Assembly: GCA_000004985.1 (NCBI GenBank)
Contig: GG738901.1
Origin: Naegleria gruberi
Lineage: Eukaryota
DNA: 64,000 bases
Reading direction: 5' to 3' (one strand)
In this document: positions 52,725 to 63,422 of the stretch, in pieces
Numbering within the stretch: the stretch's first letter is position 1
How the letters are laid out: the number at the start of each line of letters is the position of its first letter
Translations under genes and position numbers: made by a program
The notes under the pieces: model-generated
Database searches by the model: none
Told to the model about the DNA's origin: nothing
What the model saw: the letters and a program-made list of their open reading frames with translations, nothing else

Positions 52725-53344
52725 ATGGCTATGCAAGGACAAATGTATTCTTCCCAGGCACAACAAGTCTATTACCAATATGATAAAGATCGTAATGGTG
52801 TCCTCAAGAAGAAAGAATTCAAGAAGGCTATGCAAGGTATGTTATTATTGTTCTTTTTCGTGATTGTTGTAACAATGAATCATGTTAATCTTTCATAATA
52901 GCCCTCGGTGCACACAAAGATGAATGTAAACATTTATTCAAGATGGTTGATGTAGACCACAACAAGGTGATTACCATGAATGAATTCTTGAATGCCTATC
53001 TGTTCTTACAGGCAGGTGGTATGAAGTATAAAGGTACTGGATATCATGGAGCTTGTGGTACTGTGGGATCAACAACTACAACCACAACAATGATGGGAGG
53101 TCAACCTGGCATGATGCCTCAACAAGGATATCCACAACAATATCCACCTCAACAAGGTTACCCTCAACAACCTTATGGACAACCAGGTATGGGATATCCT
53201 CAGCAACCATACGGACAACCTGGAATGATGCCACAACAACAACAATATCCACCACAAGGATATCCACAACAATATCCACCTCAACAAGGATACCCTCAAC
53301 AATATCCACCTCAACAAGGAGGTTATCCACCATCATATCAATAA
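52725..53344 (+). CDS. Small calcium-binding protein: two EF-hands followed by a YPQQ/GQPG-repeat tail. Two exons: join(52725..52836, 52902..53344)
   Basis: Exon 1 encodes the EF-loop [13 protein letters not shown] 65-nt GTATGT..ATAG intron follows. Exon 2 encodes the EF-loop [12 protein letters not shown], then poly-Thr, then 8 repeats of YPQQ/PQQGYP. A possible extra 5' exon lies at 52502-52552. Confidence 0.6.
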
Positions 53345-53923
53345 GTCTTTCTAGAATTAATACTGTAAATAAAGTATTAACTAATCAACAGTAATACCAT
53401 TTTACAATCAAACGAAGTTTATCCGATAGGTCGACTGAATTTCAACTTCAGGTTGGTTCTTAGTTTCAGTTTGTGATTTTTCAATTTCAATGATTTTACA
53501 AAACATCAAATCAGAATGTTAAATTACAACAGAGAAAAGATCGCAATGAATATTAACAATTGGATAGTCCTCTCTATTTCAGAGATATAATATTATTCTA
53601 AACCTAAGATACTTTCGTATTGTGTTAAGAATACAAATTATTTTCACAGCTCTTGAGTTCTTCTATGAAATGGTAGTCCCTCACAACAGTTTCATTAATA
53701 TTCCAAAGATCATACTACGTCACTTTTCAAATTCCATATCATTAAAAAATGTCAAAACAACTCTTTGATGATGATCGTGTCATTTTCGAAGAGAGTACAC
53801 AACAATTACCAATTACCAAAAAGCAAGTTGATGATGAAAATTTCAATCTTAACAGAGTTGAATATTGTGAAAATTCCGACACCAATCAATGCGAAGAATA
53901 CACTTATCTAGACGAAAAGGAAA

Positions 53924-55858
53924 TTGAAAAGGATTTACTGTTCTATTTGTTATTTACCACTGATTGATCCGATCATGCACTCTTTGTGTGAAAATATGTT
54001 TTGTTCTGGTTGTGCAAGGAAGATTGTTGATAATAGATGTCCACTTTGTAGAGCTGATAAGTTACTTGAAAATTGTTCATCTGTTCCAAAGTATATTACC
54101 AACAAGTTACATCAGCTGAAAGTGAAATGTTCAATGTGTAAGGGAGCAGTGGAGAGAGGTCAATTGAAGGATCATGAGGAAAAGCATTGTCCTCTTCATG
54201 AAGCTTATAAACAAGTTGATGAATTGAAAAATAGATTAGAGGAAGAATTCAAGAAGAAGAATGAATCTCAACAAATCCAAAATGAAAATATCTTGAGCAT
54301 AGAAAAGCAAAATTTAAAGAAAATTAAACTAGACCTTATCAAACAATACCAATTAAAAGAAGAAGCATTAGAGAAGAGGGTTAAAGAATTTGAAAATCAA
54401 CAATTGGTCAGATTAAAACTGGAGGCCAGTAACAAACCAATTTATCTCAATGTTGGTGGAACTATCATGACAGTCTCATTAGGAACATTTATTCACAACG
54501 AAAGAGAACCTGATAATTTATTCAAGAAAATGTTCACTGCTGAATATCCATTGTATCAAACATCAAATCAATTCAATGAGCCAGTATACTTTATTGATTG
54601 TGATTTGTTCATTTTCAAGCATATTCTTGATTGGTTAAAGTATGGAATATTAGACAGGGAGATAAATGTAGATTTGAGGAAATTATTGATTATATCTCAA
54701 TCTTTTGGAATTGATTTGAGGAGAGTTATTGTACAACATGTTAACTTGGCAGGAAAGGAAATTATTGGATTTGATTTTCGTGGAATGAACTTGGTTGATG
54801 TAAATTTCAAGGCAAGTTATTTTAAGGATTGTCATTTTTCAAATGTGGCAATTGGCTCTCAATTTAAAAAGGCACAATTTGAAAGTGTAACATTTGAAAA
54901 GTGTACAATTCAAATGCATTTTAAAAATAATAATTTGAAGAATTGCAAATGTATTGAATGTGAATTTAATGGATCTGTTTTTGAAAAAGCTAATTTCAAA
55001 TTAATTGAACTTGTTCTCACAACAAATAATTCATTTAATTGCTTAATTAAGAATACTGATTTAAGAGAAATGAGAGATTTATCAAAATTCAAAGGATTTA
55101 AATTTGATTCATGTTTATTTGATTTTTCTAAACTTTCAAACAAACAAATTAATTCTATCATGTTTGAAAATATTAATCTGGATGCACAAGATTTATCCAC
55201 CTTCATTTTTATTAATAGCACATTTGCACATACATCTTTCGCACATGTTAAACTGGATTCTAATTTTGGTATTGGACTTTCGAATATTATTAATAATTAT
55301 GGAAGTTTTGTATCAATTCCTCTATATATGCAAACTAAAAGTAAATCTATTCCTCAATTATTATACAGAGGAACAAGAGATGGATTCCATGCAAATGATT
55401 TTCATTCCAAATGTGATAATCAAGGCGCAACATTGACCATTATCAAATCAGAACATAATCAAGTATTTGGTGCTTTTACTAGTCAATCTTGGAAATCAAA
55501 CAAAGATAATTTCAACTTTGTTATGGACGATTCAGCATTTATTTTCAAAATTGTAACAGATCATAATGGAAATTATCAAGTTCAACACTTTAACATTAAC
55601 CAAAATAAGAAACAATATGCGATTGAAGCACATCATAAGTATTTGGTAATATTTGGAGGAACTACTGAGATTGAAGGGGATATATGTATATACAGTGATT
55701 GCAATTTGAATAATGCTTCATACTCGAACTTTGGATTGACATATGAATTACCCACAGGATACAATTATGGAACTGATGAAGCTAAAAGTTATTTGGCAGG
55801 ATGTTACACATTTAAAGTTATTGAAATTGAAGTTTTTAAAATTAATCCCTGGGAATAA
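53924..55858 (+). CDS. Multidomain protein: RING-type zinc finger, TRAF-type zinc finger, coiled-coil, BTB/T1 (KCTD-like), pentapeptide repeats, and a TLDc domain. The N-terminus is probably in ORF 53749-53967, in another frame
   Basis: The Cys/His spacing fits a RING (CSICYLPLIDPIMHSLCENMFCSGC...CPLC). The BTB/T1 segment is IYLNVGGTIMTVSLGTFIHNEREPDNLFKKMF. Pentapeptide-like repeats run from 54720 to 55260. TLDc signature: LLYRGTRDGFHANDFHSKCDNQGATLTIIKSEHNQVFGAFTSQSW. This frame opens just after a stop and has no ATG before the RING. Confidence 0.6.
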   Translation: MKRIYCSICYLPLIDPIMHSLCENMFCSGCARKIVDNRCPLCRADKLLENCSSVPKYITNKLHQLKVKCSMCKGAVERGQLKDHEEKHCPLHEAYKQVDELKNRLEEEFKKKNESQQIQNENILSIEKQNLKKIKLDLIKQYQLKEEALEKRVKEFENQQLVRLKLEASNKPIYLNVGGTIMTVSLGTFIHNEREPDNLFKKMFTAEYPLYQTSNQFNEPVYFIDCDLFIFKHILDWLKYGILDREINVDLRKLLIISQSFGIDLRRVIVQHVNLAGKEIIGFDFRGMNLVDVNFKASYFKDCHFSNVAIGSQFKKAQFESVTFEKCTIQMHFKNNNLKNCKCIECEFNGSVFEKANFKLIELVLTTNNSFNCLIKNTDLREMRDLSKFKGFKFDSCLFDFSKLSNKQINSIMFENINLDAQDLSTFIFINSTFAHTSFAHVKLDSNFGIGLSNIINNYGSFVSIPLYMQTKSKSIPQLLYRGTRDGFHANDFHSKCDNQGATLTIIKSEHNQVFGAFTSQSWKSNKDNFNFVMDDSAFIFKIVTDHNGNYQVQHFNINQNKKQYAIEAHHKYLVIFGGTTEIEGDICIYSDCNLNNASYSNFGLTYELPTGYNYGTDEAKSYLAGCYTFKVIEIEVFKINPWE

Positions 55859-57985
55859 CAATAATTTATCCAACAATACACCAATAAATTCGGAAATTAT
55901 GAGCTTTATTCTACTACACGCACCTAATAGAATATTTTCAACACTGAACAACCACAAAAACCAATTTCTACTAATCTATTATCCTTGAAATACTAGCAAA
56001 CCGAATAATGGTTGAAAAACTTGAAAATATTTATCCAAATAAAACAATAAAGAATTTCATTGATAAACCAATGGGTTAGTCTAGAGAAAATAGAGTGTTA
56101 GTGAAGTTCTTGCCAGCTAGGCCTTCAGATCTAAGGTCTTGTACCGACCATTAGATGGGTTTGGGTTTGGGAACCTCGGATACCTCTTACTCCAATCTCT
56201 TATTGATTTAAGATTTTGAAATTGTTTATTATTGAATTTTTATAAAGAGTGTTGATACGAATCAGAAGCTTCTTATTGTGACAACACTTGATAGAAGAAT
56301 GGGAAAGTGGCTGCATTAATTCAACATTTTGAAAGTGAACAAGGTTCTCATCTCAAGATTTGGAACTCTTCTTCATTAAGAGGAGGTTATAGGGTGGTGA
56401 CTAGAGAGAAACATTTCCTTGTAGCTTTTCTACTAAAATGATTAATTGACCAAGATCTTGACCTATAATATGGAAACACAATAAAATTCAATAATACTGA
56501 TAAATACAGTAGTAAATCTGAATGGTAATCATAAATCACTGAAAAAATCATGATTGGATCCATTTTGAGACTTTTGGAAGTCAACTTGGATGGCAATAGG
56601 GGAGCTTTCGATGTGGTTAACTTTTAAATGGATATGAATATTTTATTGGATAATATATGTCATCGCTGTACTTTATCACTAAATGTTGAACATCATGATG
56701 TTATAATCTATATTTCCAATTTGGGAAATGTTGTAATGTCAATGTTTAATTGAAATATTGCCATCATACCAATAATTGATTTTATACTACAAAACTGGTA
56801 TTATACACTATAATTGATATATATATGAATATATGATTGAAATATTTCAATTTTAACATTTATTAATGACGTGGGTTGTTCACTAAGGTAGTAACTTTGT
56901 CATATGATAACTATCTAAGATTATATTGAAATCATTCCAAAATTGATTCTATGACAGTATTTGATGATTATAACATGATAATATTGAATTGGTATTCATT
57001 CTTACCATTCATGACATGTAAGAATGTTACCTTTTTGTCAATTGCGACAGTAGATTGACAGATATTCCAATTATATAGATATTGATTTCTATCACTCAGA
57101 AACGTTATCAATATCAGTTATAAGAGTAGTGGTATGATATTCTATCTTGTTGTACATCTTGATATTGACTTGTCATATTATCATGAGTAGTTAGTGACAT
57201 GGTTAAATGACATGAATACTGAATGATGTCCAAATGATTTGAAATTGATAGGAACCTCATTATATGATGTTAATAACATATTGTATCAATTTGGTATTGA
57301 ATCTCATTGTCCTTAGGGTACTTCCCTATTGAGGAACCTTAATTGACCTTCTCTATATTTAAATTGAGATGTGATATTTATTTCAATTGTATCATCATTT
57401 TGTAAATGATGGATAAGTAGCCAAGTTGTGTATGGTGTAGAATTGGTATAACATTATTTTCAACATTTACAAGTGCCATTTCTCATCATCTGTTGGACCA
57501 AAACAAAAAATTTTGTTATAGTGGTGGTTTTTTTTACTAATATCCACATGTACAATATAGGAACAAGGAGATGCTTTATAGTTGTGCAGAATCATTCCAC
57601 CAACAATTAGTTTTTGAAATATTCTTTTCTTAGTGAACTTTGCTTACATCATTTTTATTAAGGAATTGTTTCAAGTAGATGGAAAGTGTTCTAAAATTGC
57701 TGTAGATGGTAACATTCCGTTACAGCATAGTTAAATTCTAAGAAATGATTGAGATTTGTGATTTTTTCACAACTGCTATCTTTTAAACAATGTTTGTCAT
57801 CCAACCCGATGTAAAAACTTTTTGAAATTGTTTCAAATGAGCTTGGAGTGGCTCAAACCCGTTGCTTCTTTTCAAAAAAGTTCCTGATCGAGCAATGTGA
57901 TGAGGCTGTAATATACTATTCAACAAAGTAAATTGTTTGCAATCTTACTGAACTTTGAATATTTCAAAATTATTAAGGAATTTTT

Positions 57986-58035
57986 NNNNNNNNNNNNNNN
58001 NNNNNNNNNNNNNNNNNNNNNNNNNNNNNNNNNNN
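57986..58035. other. Assembly gap (50 N)
   Basis: Run of n characters. Confidence 1.
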
Positions 58036-59169
58036 TTCAAATGTTGCACAGAGTCCTTATTTTTTTTTTGCTAGTAAGTTCGTTTATTTAAACATAGTTG
58101 TTTGGTAAAGTTGCTGGTTGATGTATGTGGTTGCATCTTTCTATCCACATTGCGTGAGTGAATTTAATTATTTCTATTTGGATTTCTTGTGCTTTATCCC
58201 AGGCCTCTAATGTTTGGTAGACTTCTTTGGGAAGTATTCCAATATAAATGGTTGAATATTTAGGGATAGTGTTGGATTTCAAGTGGGTTACTAGTATTTT
58301 TCTGATTGTTTCTAAAGGTTTTTTGGTTATTTGTTGGATATTGTCTTCTAGGCTTCTCCATAATCTTTCACGAAGATATTCAGTTTTTTTGCAGTTAAAA
58401 ATGGCGTGTTGAGTGTTCTCCTCTTCCTTGCAATCTCTTATAGGGCATCCATTACCTGGTGTAAAGATGTTGTTTGTTGGGAGACTGTTAAAAGCAGCTC
58501 TAGTGGCAATGTTGATTTGGTTTTTTGTGATGGTTTTGTTTTTAGGGATTATTCTAGATTTTCTAATCTTGCTAAATGCATTTAGGTTTGCTTTCGCTAC
58601 TTCTTCTTTAAATATTTCCGAGTATAGAATTGTATCTATTTTGTCATAGATTATTTTCTCATTAAAAGTAAAAAGGTATCTGTCTAACTCTTGAGCTGGG
58701 GGGATTGCTTTGGTCTTGTTTCTATTCTTGCGTCCTCTATTTGCTTCTATGTCAGCTTCATTATTGAGTTGAATTAAGACTTTTTCCTCATGGGTCATCT
58801 GTTGTGTTTCCACTTGGTGGGATTTAATGTGTCTTAGGGTAATCCTTTGCTTCTCTTTCCTGATGGCTTTCACATAGGGGTTATTCGTCTTTCTATCTCC
58901 TTCAATAATTTTAATACTTGCCATCGAATCTGTAAGAATTTGGATATTTCCTTTTGTCATTTTGCATGCTATATAGATTGCTTGAATTTCACAGTCAAAC
59001 GACGATGCTGCTGCGAAGGCATTCATATTGATTTTTTCTCCTTTTTCGGTGACTATACCAATTCCTCCTTCATTGTCTTTGAAGGATCCGTCTGTAGCAA
59101 TTATCATGTTCTCTTCTTCCATCAAAGAACCCATCTCTATATCTTTGGCTTTGGAAGGGCTTTTTTAAT
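58036..59169 (-). mobile_element. 3' portion of a non-LTR (LINE) retrotransposon: RNase H domain, CCHC zinc knuckle, a short 3' UTR with an A10 tract. It is truncated by a gap on its 5' side
   Basis: The minus-strand ORF 58088-59169 carries RNase H motifs (IIATDGS, FDCEIQAIYIA, ILTDSMASIK) followed by CPIRDCx7Hx4C. The frame stays open into the gap. A poly-A tract (plus-strand T10 at 58059-58069) lies 20 nt after the stop. Confidence 0.8.
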
Positions 59170-61733
59170 NNNNNNNNNNNNNNNNNNNNNNNNNNNNNNN
59201 NNNNNNNNNNNNNNNNNNNNNNNNNNNNNNNNNNNNNNNNNNNNNNNNNNNNNNNNNNNNNNNNNNNNNNNNNNNNNNNNNNNNNNNNNNNNNNNNNNNN
59301 NNNNNNNNNNNNNNNNNNNNNNNNNNNNNNNNNNNNNNNNNNNNNNNNNNNNNNNNNNNNNNNNNNNNNNNNNNNNNNNNNNNNNNNNNNNNNNNNNNNN
59401 NNNNNNNNNNNNNNNNNNNNNNNNNNNNNNNNNNNNNNNNNNNNNNNNNNNNNNNNNNNNNNNNNNNNNNNNNNNNNNNNNNNNNNNNNNNNNNNNNNNN
59501 NNNNNNNNNNNNNNNNNNNNNNNNNNNNNNNNNNNNNNNNNNNNNNNNNNNNNNNNNNNNNNNNNNNNNNNNNNNNNNNNNNNNNNNNNNNNNNNNNNNN
59601 NNNNNNNNNNNNNNNNNNNNNNNNNNNNNNNNNNNNNNNNNNNNNNNNNNNNNNNNNNNNNNNNNNNNNNNNNNNNNNNNNNNNNNNNNNNNNNNNNNNN
59701 NNNNNNNNNNNNNNNNNNNNNNNNNNNNNNNNNNNNNNNNNNNNNNNNNNNNNNNNNNNNNNNNNNNNNNNNNNNNNNNNNNNNNNNNNNNNNNNNNNNN
59801 NNNNNNNNNNNNNNNNNNNNNNNNNNNNNNNNNNNNNNNNNNNNNNNNNNNNNNNNNNNNNNNNNNNNNNNNNNNNNNNNNNNNNNNNNNNNNNNNNNNN
59901 NNNNNNNNNNNNNNNNNNNNNNNNNNNNNNNNNNNNNNNNNNNNNNNNNNNNNNNNNNNNNNNNNNNNNNNNNNNNNNNNNNNNNNNNNNNNNNNNNNNN
60001 NNNNNNNNNNNNNNNNNNNNNNNNNNNNNNNNNNNNNNNNNNNNNNNNNNNNNNNNNNNNNNNNNNNNNNNNNNNNNNNNNNNNNNNNNNNNNNNNNNNN
60101 NNNNNNNNNNNNNNNNNNNNNNNNNNNNNNNNNNNNNNNNNNNNNNNNNNNNNNNNNNNNNNNNNNNNNNNNNNNNNNNNNNNNNNNNNNNNNNNNNNNN
60201 NNNNNNNNNNNNNNNNNNNNNNNNNNNNNNNNNNNNNNNNNNNNNNNNNNNNNNNNNNNNNNNNNNNNNNNNNNNNNNNNNNNNNNNNNNNNNNNNNNNN
60301 NNNNNNNNNNNNNNNNNNNNNNNNNNNNNNNNNNNNNNNNNNNNNNNNNNNNNNNNNNNNNNNNNNNNNNNNNNNNNNNNNNNNNNNNNNNNNNNNNNNN
60401 NNNNNNNNNNNNNNNNNNNNNNNNNNNNNNNNNNNNNNNNNNNNNNNNNNNNNNNNNNNNNNNNNNNNNNNNNNNNNNNNNNNNNNNNNNNNNNNNNNNN
60501 NNNNNNNNNNNNNNNNNNNNNNNNNNNNNNNNNNNNNNNNNNNNNNNNNNNNNNNNNNNNNNNNNNNNNNNNNNNNNNNNNNNNNNNNNNNNNNNNNNNN
60601 NNNNNNNNNNNNNNNNNNNNNNNNNNNNNNNNNNNNNNNNNNNNNNNNNNNNNNNNNNNNNNNNNNNNNNNNNNNNNNNNNNNNNNNNNNNNNNNNNNNN
60701 NNNNNNNNNNNNNNNNNNNNNNNNNNNNNNNNNNNNNNNNNNNNNNNNNNNNNNNNNNNNNNNNNNNNNNNNNNNNNNNNNNNNNNNNNNNNNNNNNNNN
60801 NNNNNNNNNNNNNNNNNNNNNNNNNNNNNNNNNNNNNNNNNNNNNNNNNNNNNNNNNNNNNNNNNNNNNNNNNNNNNNNNNNNNNNNNNNNNNNNNNNNN
60901 NNNNNNNNNNNNNNNNNNNNNNNNNNNNNNNNNNNNNNNNNNNNNNNNNNNNNNNNNNNNNNNNNNNNNNNNNNNNNNNNNNNNNNNNNNNNNNNNNNNN
61001 NNNNNNNNNNNNNNNNNNNNNNNNNNNNNNNNNNNNNNNNNNNNNNNNNNNNNNNNNNNNNNNNNNNNNNNNNNNNNNNNNNNNNNNNNNNNNNNNNNNN
61101 NNNNNNNNNNNNNNNNNNNNNNNNNNNNNNNNNNNNNNNNNNNNNNNNNNNNNNNNNNNNNNNNNNNNNNNNNNNNNNNNNNNNNNNNNNNNNNNNNNNN
61201 NNNNNNNNNNNNNNNNNNNNNNNNNNNNNNNNNNNNNNNNNNNNNNNNNNNNNNNNNNNNNNNNNNNNNNNNNNNNNNNNNNNNNNNNNNNNNNNNNNNN
61301 NNNNNNNNNNNNNNNNNNNNNNNNNNNNNNNNNNNNNNNNNNNNNNNNNNNNNNNNNNNNNNNNNNNNNNNNNNNNNNNNNNNNNNNNNNNNNNNNNNNN
61401 NNNNNNNNNNNNNNNNNNNNNNNNNNNNNNNNNNNNNNNNNNNNNNNNNNNNNNNNNNNNNNNNNNNNNNNNNNNNNNNNNNNNNNNNNNNNNNNNNNNN
61501 NNNNNNNNNNNNNNNNNNNNNNNNNNNNNNNNNNNNNNNNNNNNNNNNNNNNNNNNNNNNNNNNNNNNNNNNNNNNNNNNNNNNNNNNNNNNNNNNNNNN
61601 NNNNNNNNNNNNNNNNNNNNNNNNNNNNNNNNNNNNNNNNNNNNNNNNNNNNNNNNNNNNNNNNNNNNNNNNNNNNNNNNNNNNNNNNNNNNNNNNNNNN
61701 NNNNNNNNNNNNNNNNNNNNNNNNNNNNNNNNN
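59170..61733. other. Assembly gap (2564 N); it presumably hides the RT and upstream part of the LINE
   Basis: Run of n characters. The flanking ORFs 'X...X' are artifacts. Confidence 1.
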
Positions 61734-62507
61734 AAATCTGTAAATATGAATGTGAAAATAAACTTGATATTCTATCTCTACACACCGAATGGAGCATTTT
61801 CATGTATAATTTGTTGATTGAAGTGATATATTTGATAGACTTGATCTGACTTGTCTTTCCTTTCAGTCAACTTTGTAAAATCAACATTTACATTCCCATG
61901 GTACCATTTCTAATTCTTATGATATGAAATTGAATTCTATATCACTATAGATCATATAAATCATTTTGGTAAAGTTTCAATAGGTGGTCCTTTATCAAGA
62001 TTTCCCACCTTTTCATCATAGTTGACCATGTGTGGTTGAGGGAAGAAATCTTTAAATATGAAAGTTAAAATAAATTTGATATTCGATGTTTACTAATCAA
62101 ATGGAACATTTTCATATTAGGATTCAATATGTTTTGATGAGAAACTCAAAACCTATAGTTGACCTCTTTTACCTCACAACTTCCCTTTTCACTTGATACT
62201 TTATATCTACCGACATGAAGTTTAGAAATTTCATATGAGAGTGATTATGAATGTTGTTAGTGAAGATATATACTATATAATCTCATTAAAGGATTTTGAA
62301 ATTATCATTCTTCCTATGGTTTCATTTTATAATTTTTAATCTGACATTATTTACAAAGTTAATATTTTATAAATTGAAAAACTAAATATAATACATTGTT
62401 CTACTCATCATTTACAATCGAATGATATAATATTCAATAATTTGGGCTAGGGTTTGAACTTTGAAACATTGGGTCTGGTATTTCAATTTTAGGTTCAAAG
62501 GTTTAGA

Positions 62508-62591
62508 TTTTTAGGCTTGGGTTTTTAGGCTTGGGTTTTTAGGCTTGGGTTTTTAGGCTTGGGTTTTTAGGCTTGGGTTTTTAGGCTTGGG
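62508..62591 (+). repeat. Six tandem copies of a 14-bp telomere-associated variant repeat, TTTTTAGGCTTGGG
   Basis: Direct reading shows six exact units. They sit immediately proximal to the canonical TTTGGG array. Confidence 0.9.
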
Positions 62592-62897
62592 TTTGGGTTT
62601 GGGTTTGGGTTTGGGTTTGGGTTTGGGTTTGGGTTTGGGTTTGGGTTTGGGTTTGGGTTTGGGTTTGGGTTTGGGTTTGGGTTTGGGTTTGGGTTTGGGT
62701 TTGGGTTTGGGTTTGGGTTTGGGTTTGGGTTTGGGTTTGGGTTTGGGTTTGGGTTTGGGTTTGGGTTTGGGTTTGGGTTTGGGTTTGGGTTTGGGTTTGG
62801 GTTTGGGTTTGGGTTTGGGTTTGGGTTTGGGTTTGGGTTTGGGTTTGGGTTTGGGTTTGGGTTTGGGTTTGGGTTTGGGTTTGGGTTTGGGTTTGGG
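62592..62897 (+). repeat. Telomeric repeat array (TTTGGG)n, internal block of about 51 units
   Basis: A perfect hexamer array ending at a 50-N gap. The G-rich strand runs 5'->3' toward the window end. Confidence 0.9.
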
Positions 62898-62947
62898 NNN
62901 NNNNNNNNNNNNNNNNNNNNNNNNNNNNNNNNNNNNNNNNNNNNNNN
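62898..62947. other. Assembly gap (50 N)
   Basis: Run of n characters. Confidence 1.
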
Positions 62948-63420
62948 GGAATTATATCTGAGTTGATTATTTTGATGGCTTGCTCTATTGTGAAGAACCA
63001 AGTTTTGATATTTCCTAGTTTTGCTTTGACTCTCTCAATCGCTTGAGTAGTTCTTTGTTTCCCTACTTGATCTTCAAAGTCCCCTAATTTTCTTATCCAA
63101 GGTTTTGTTTCAATCTTGGTTTCTCCAATTAGGATGTGTTTTTTATCACTGTTTGTGAAGTATTCAGTCTTCTTTTCATTCAATTCCATTCCATATTTTG
63201 CTAGTATGTTGTTATTGAATCTGTTCCATAGTGCAATCAATCTCTCTTGTGTATTTGCTATGAAGTCAGTGTCGTCCATGTTTGCTGAGTTGTTAATTGT
63301 AAATCCTATACTATCATATTTCATTTTGTAGTCGAAGCCTTCTAGATCAAACAATTGTTGAAGGATAAAATCTAGTGCGAGGACGAAAATTAATGGGGAT
63401 AGTGAATCTCCTTGTTTGAC
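62948..63420 (-). mobile_element. 5'-truncated non-LTR retrotransposon reverse-transcriptase fragment (RT motifs 4-7) abutting telomeric repeats
   Basis: The minus-strand translation [20 protein letters not shown]...[11 protein letters not shown]...KKTEYF...KLGDFE matches LINE RT motifs B', C (xMDD) and D/E. Its 5' end joins (CCCAAA)n with a 2-nt junction at 63420/63423. Confidence 0.8.
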
Positions 63421-63422
63421 AC

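Noticed and set aside
56108-56180. A tRNA-like or other structured RNA around the interstitial GGGTTTGGGTTTGGG.
   Set aside because: There is no T-arm (GTTCRA) or acceptor pairing, and it does not fold as a cloverleaf.
58847-61849. The 1000-aa and 888-aa ORFs composed mostly of X.
   Set aside because: They run through the 2,564-N scaffold gap, and only their ends are real sequence. The real coding information is the RNase H frame on the minus strand, which is open into the gap.
62587-63001. ORFs translating to (GL)n and (NP)n/(TQ)n, and a CRISPR-like regular array.
   Set aside because: These are translations of the (TTTGGG)n telomeric hexamer. The array has no spacers and no cas genes, and this is a eukaryotic chromosome end.
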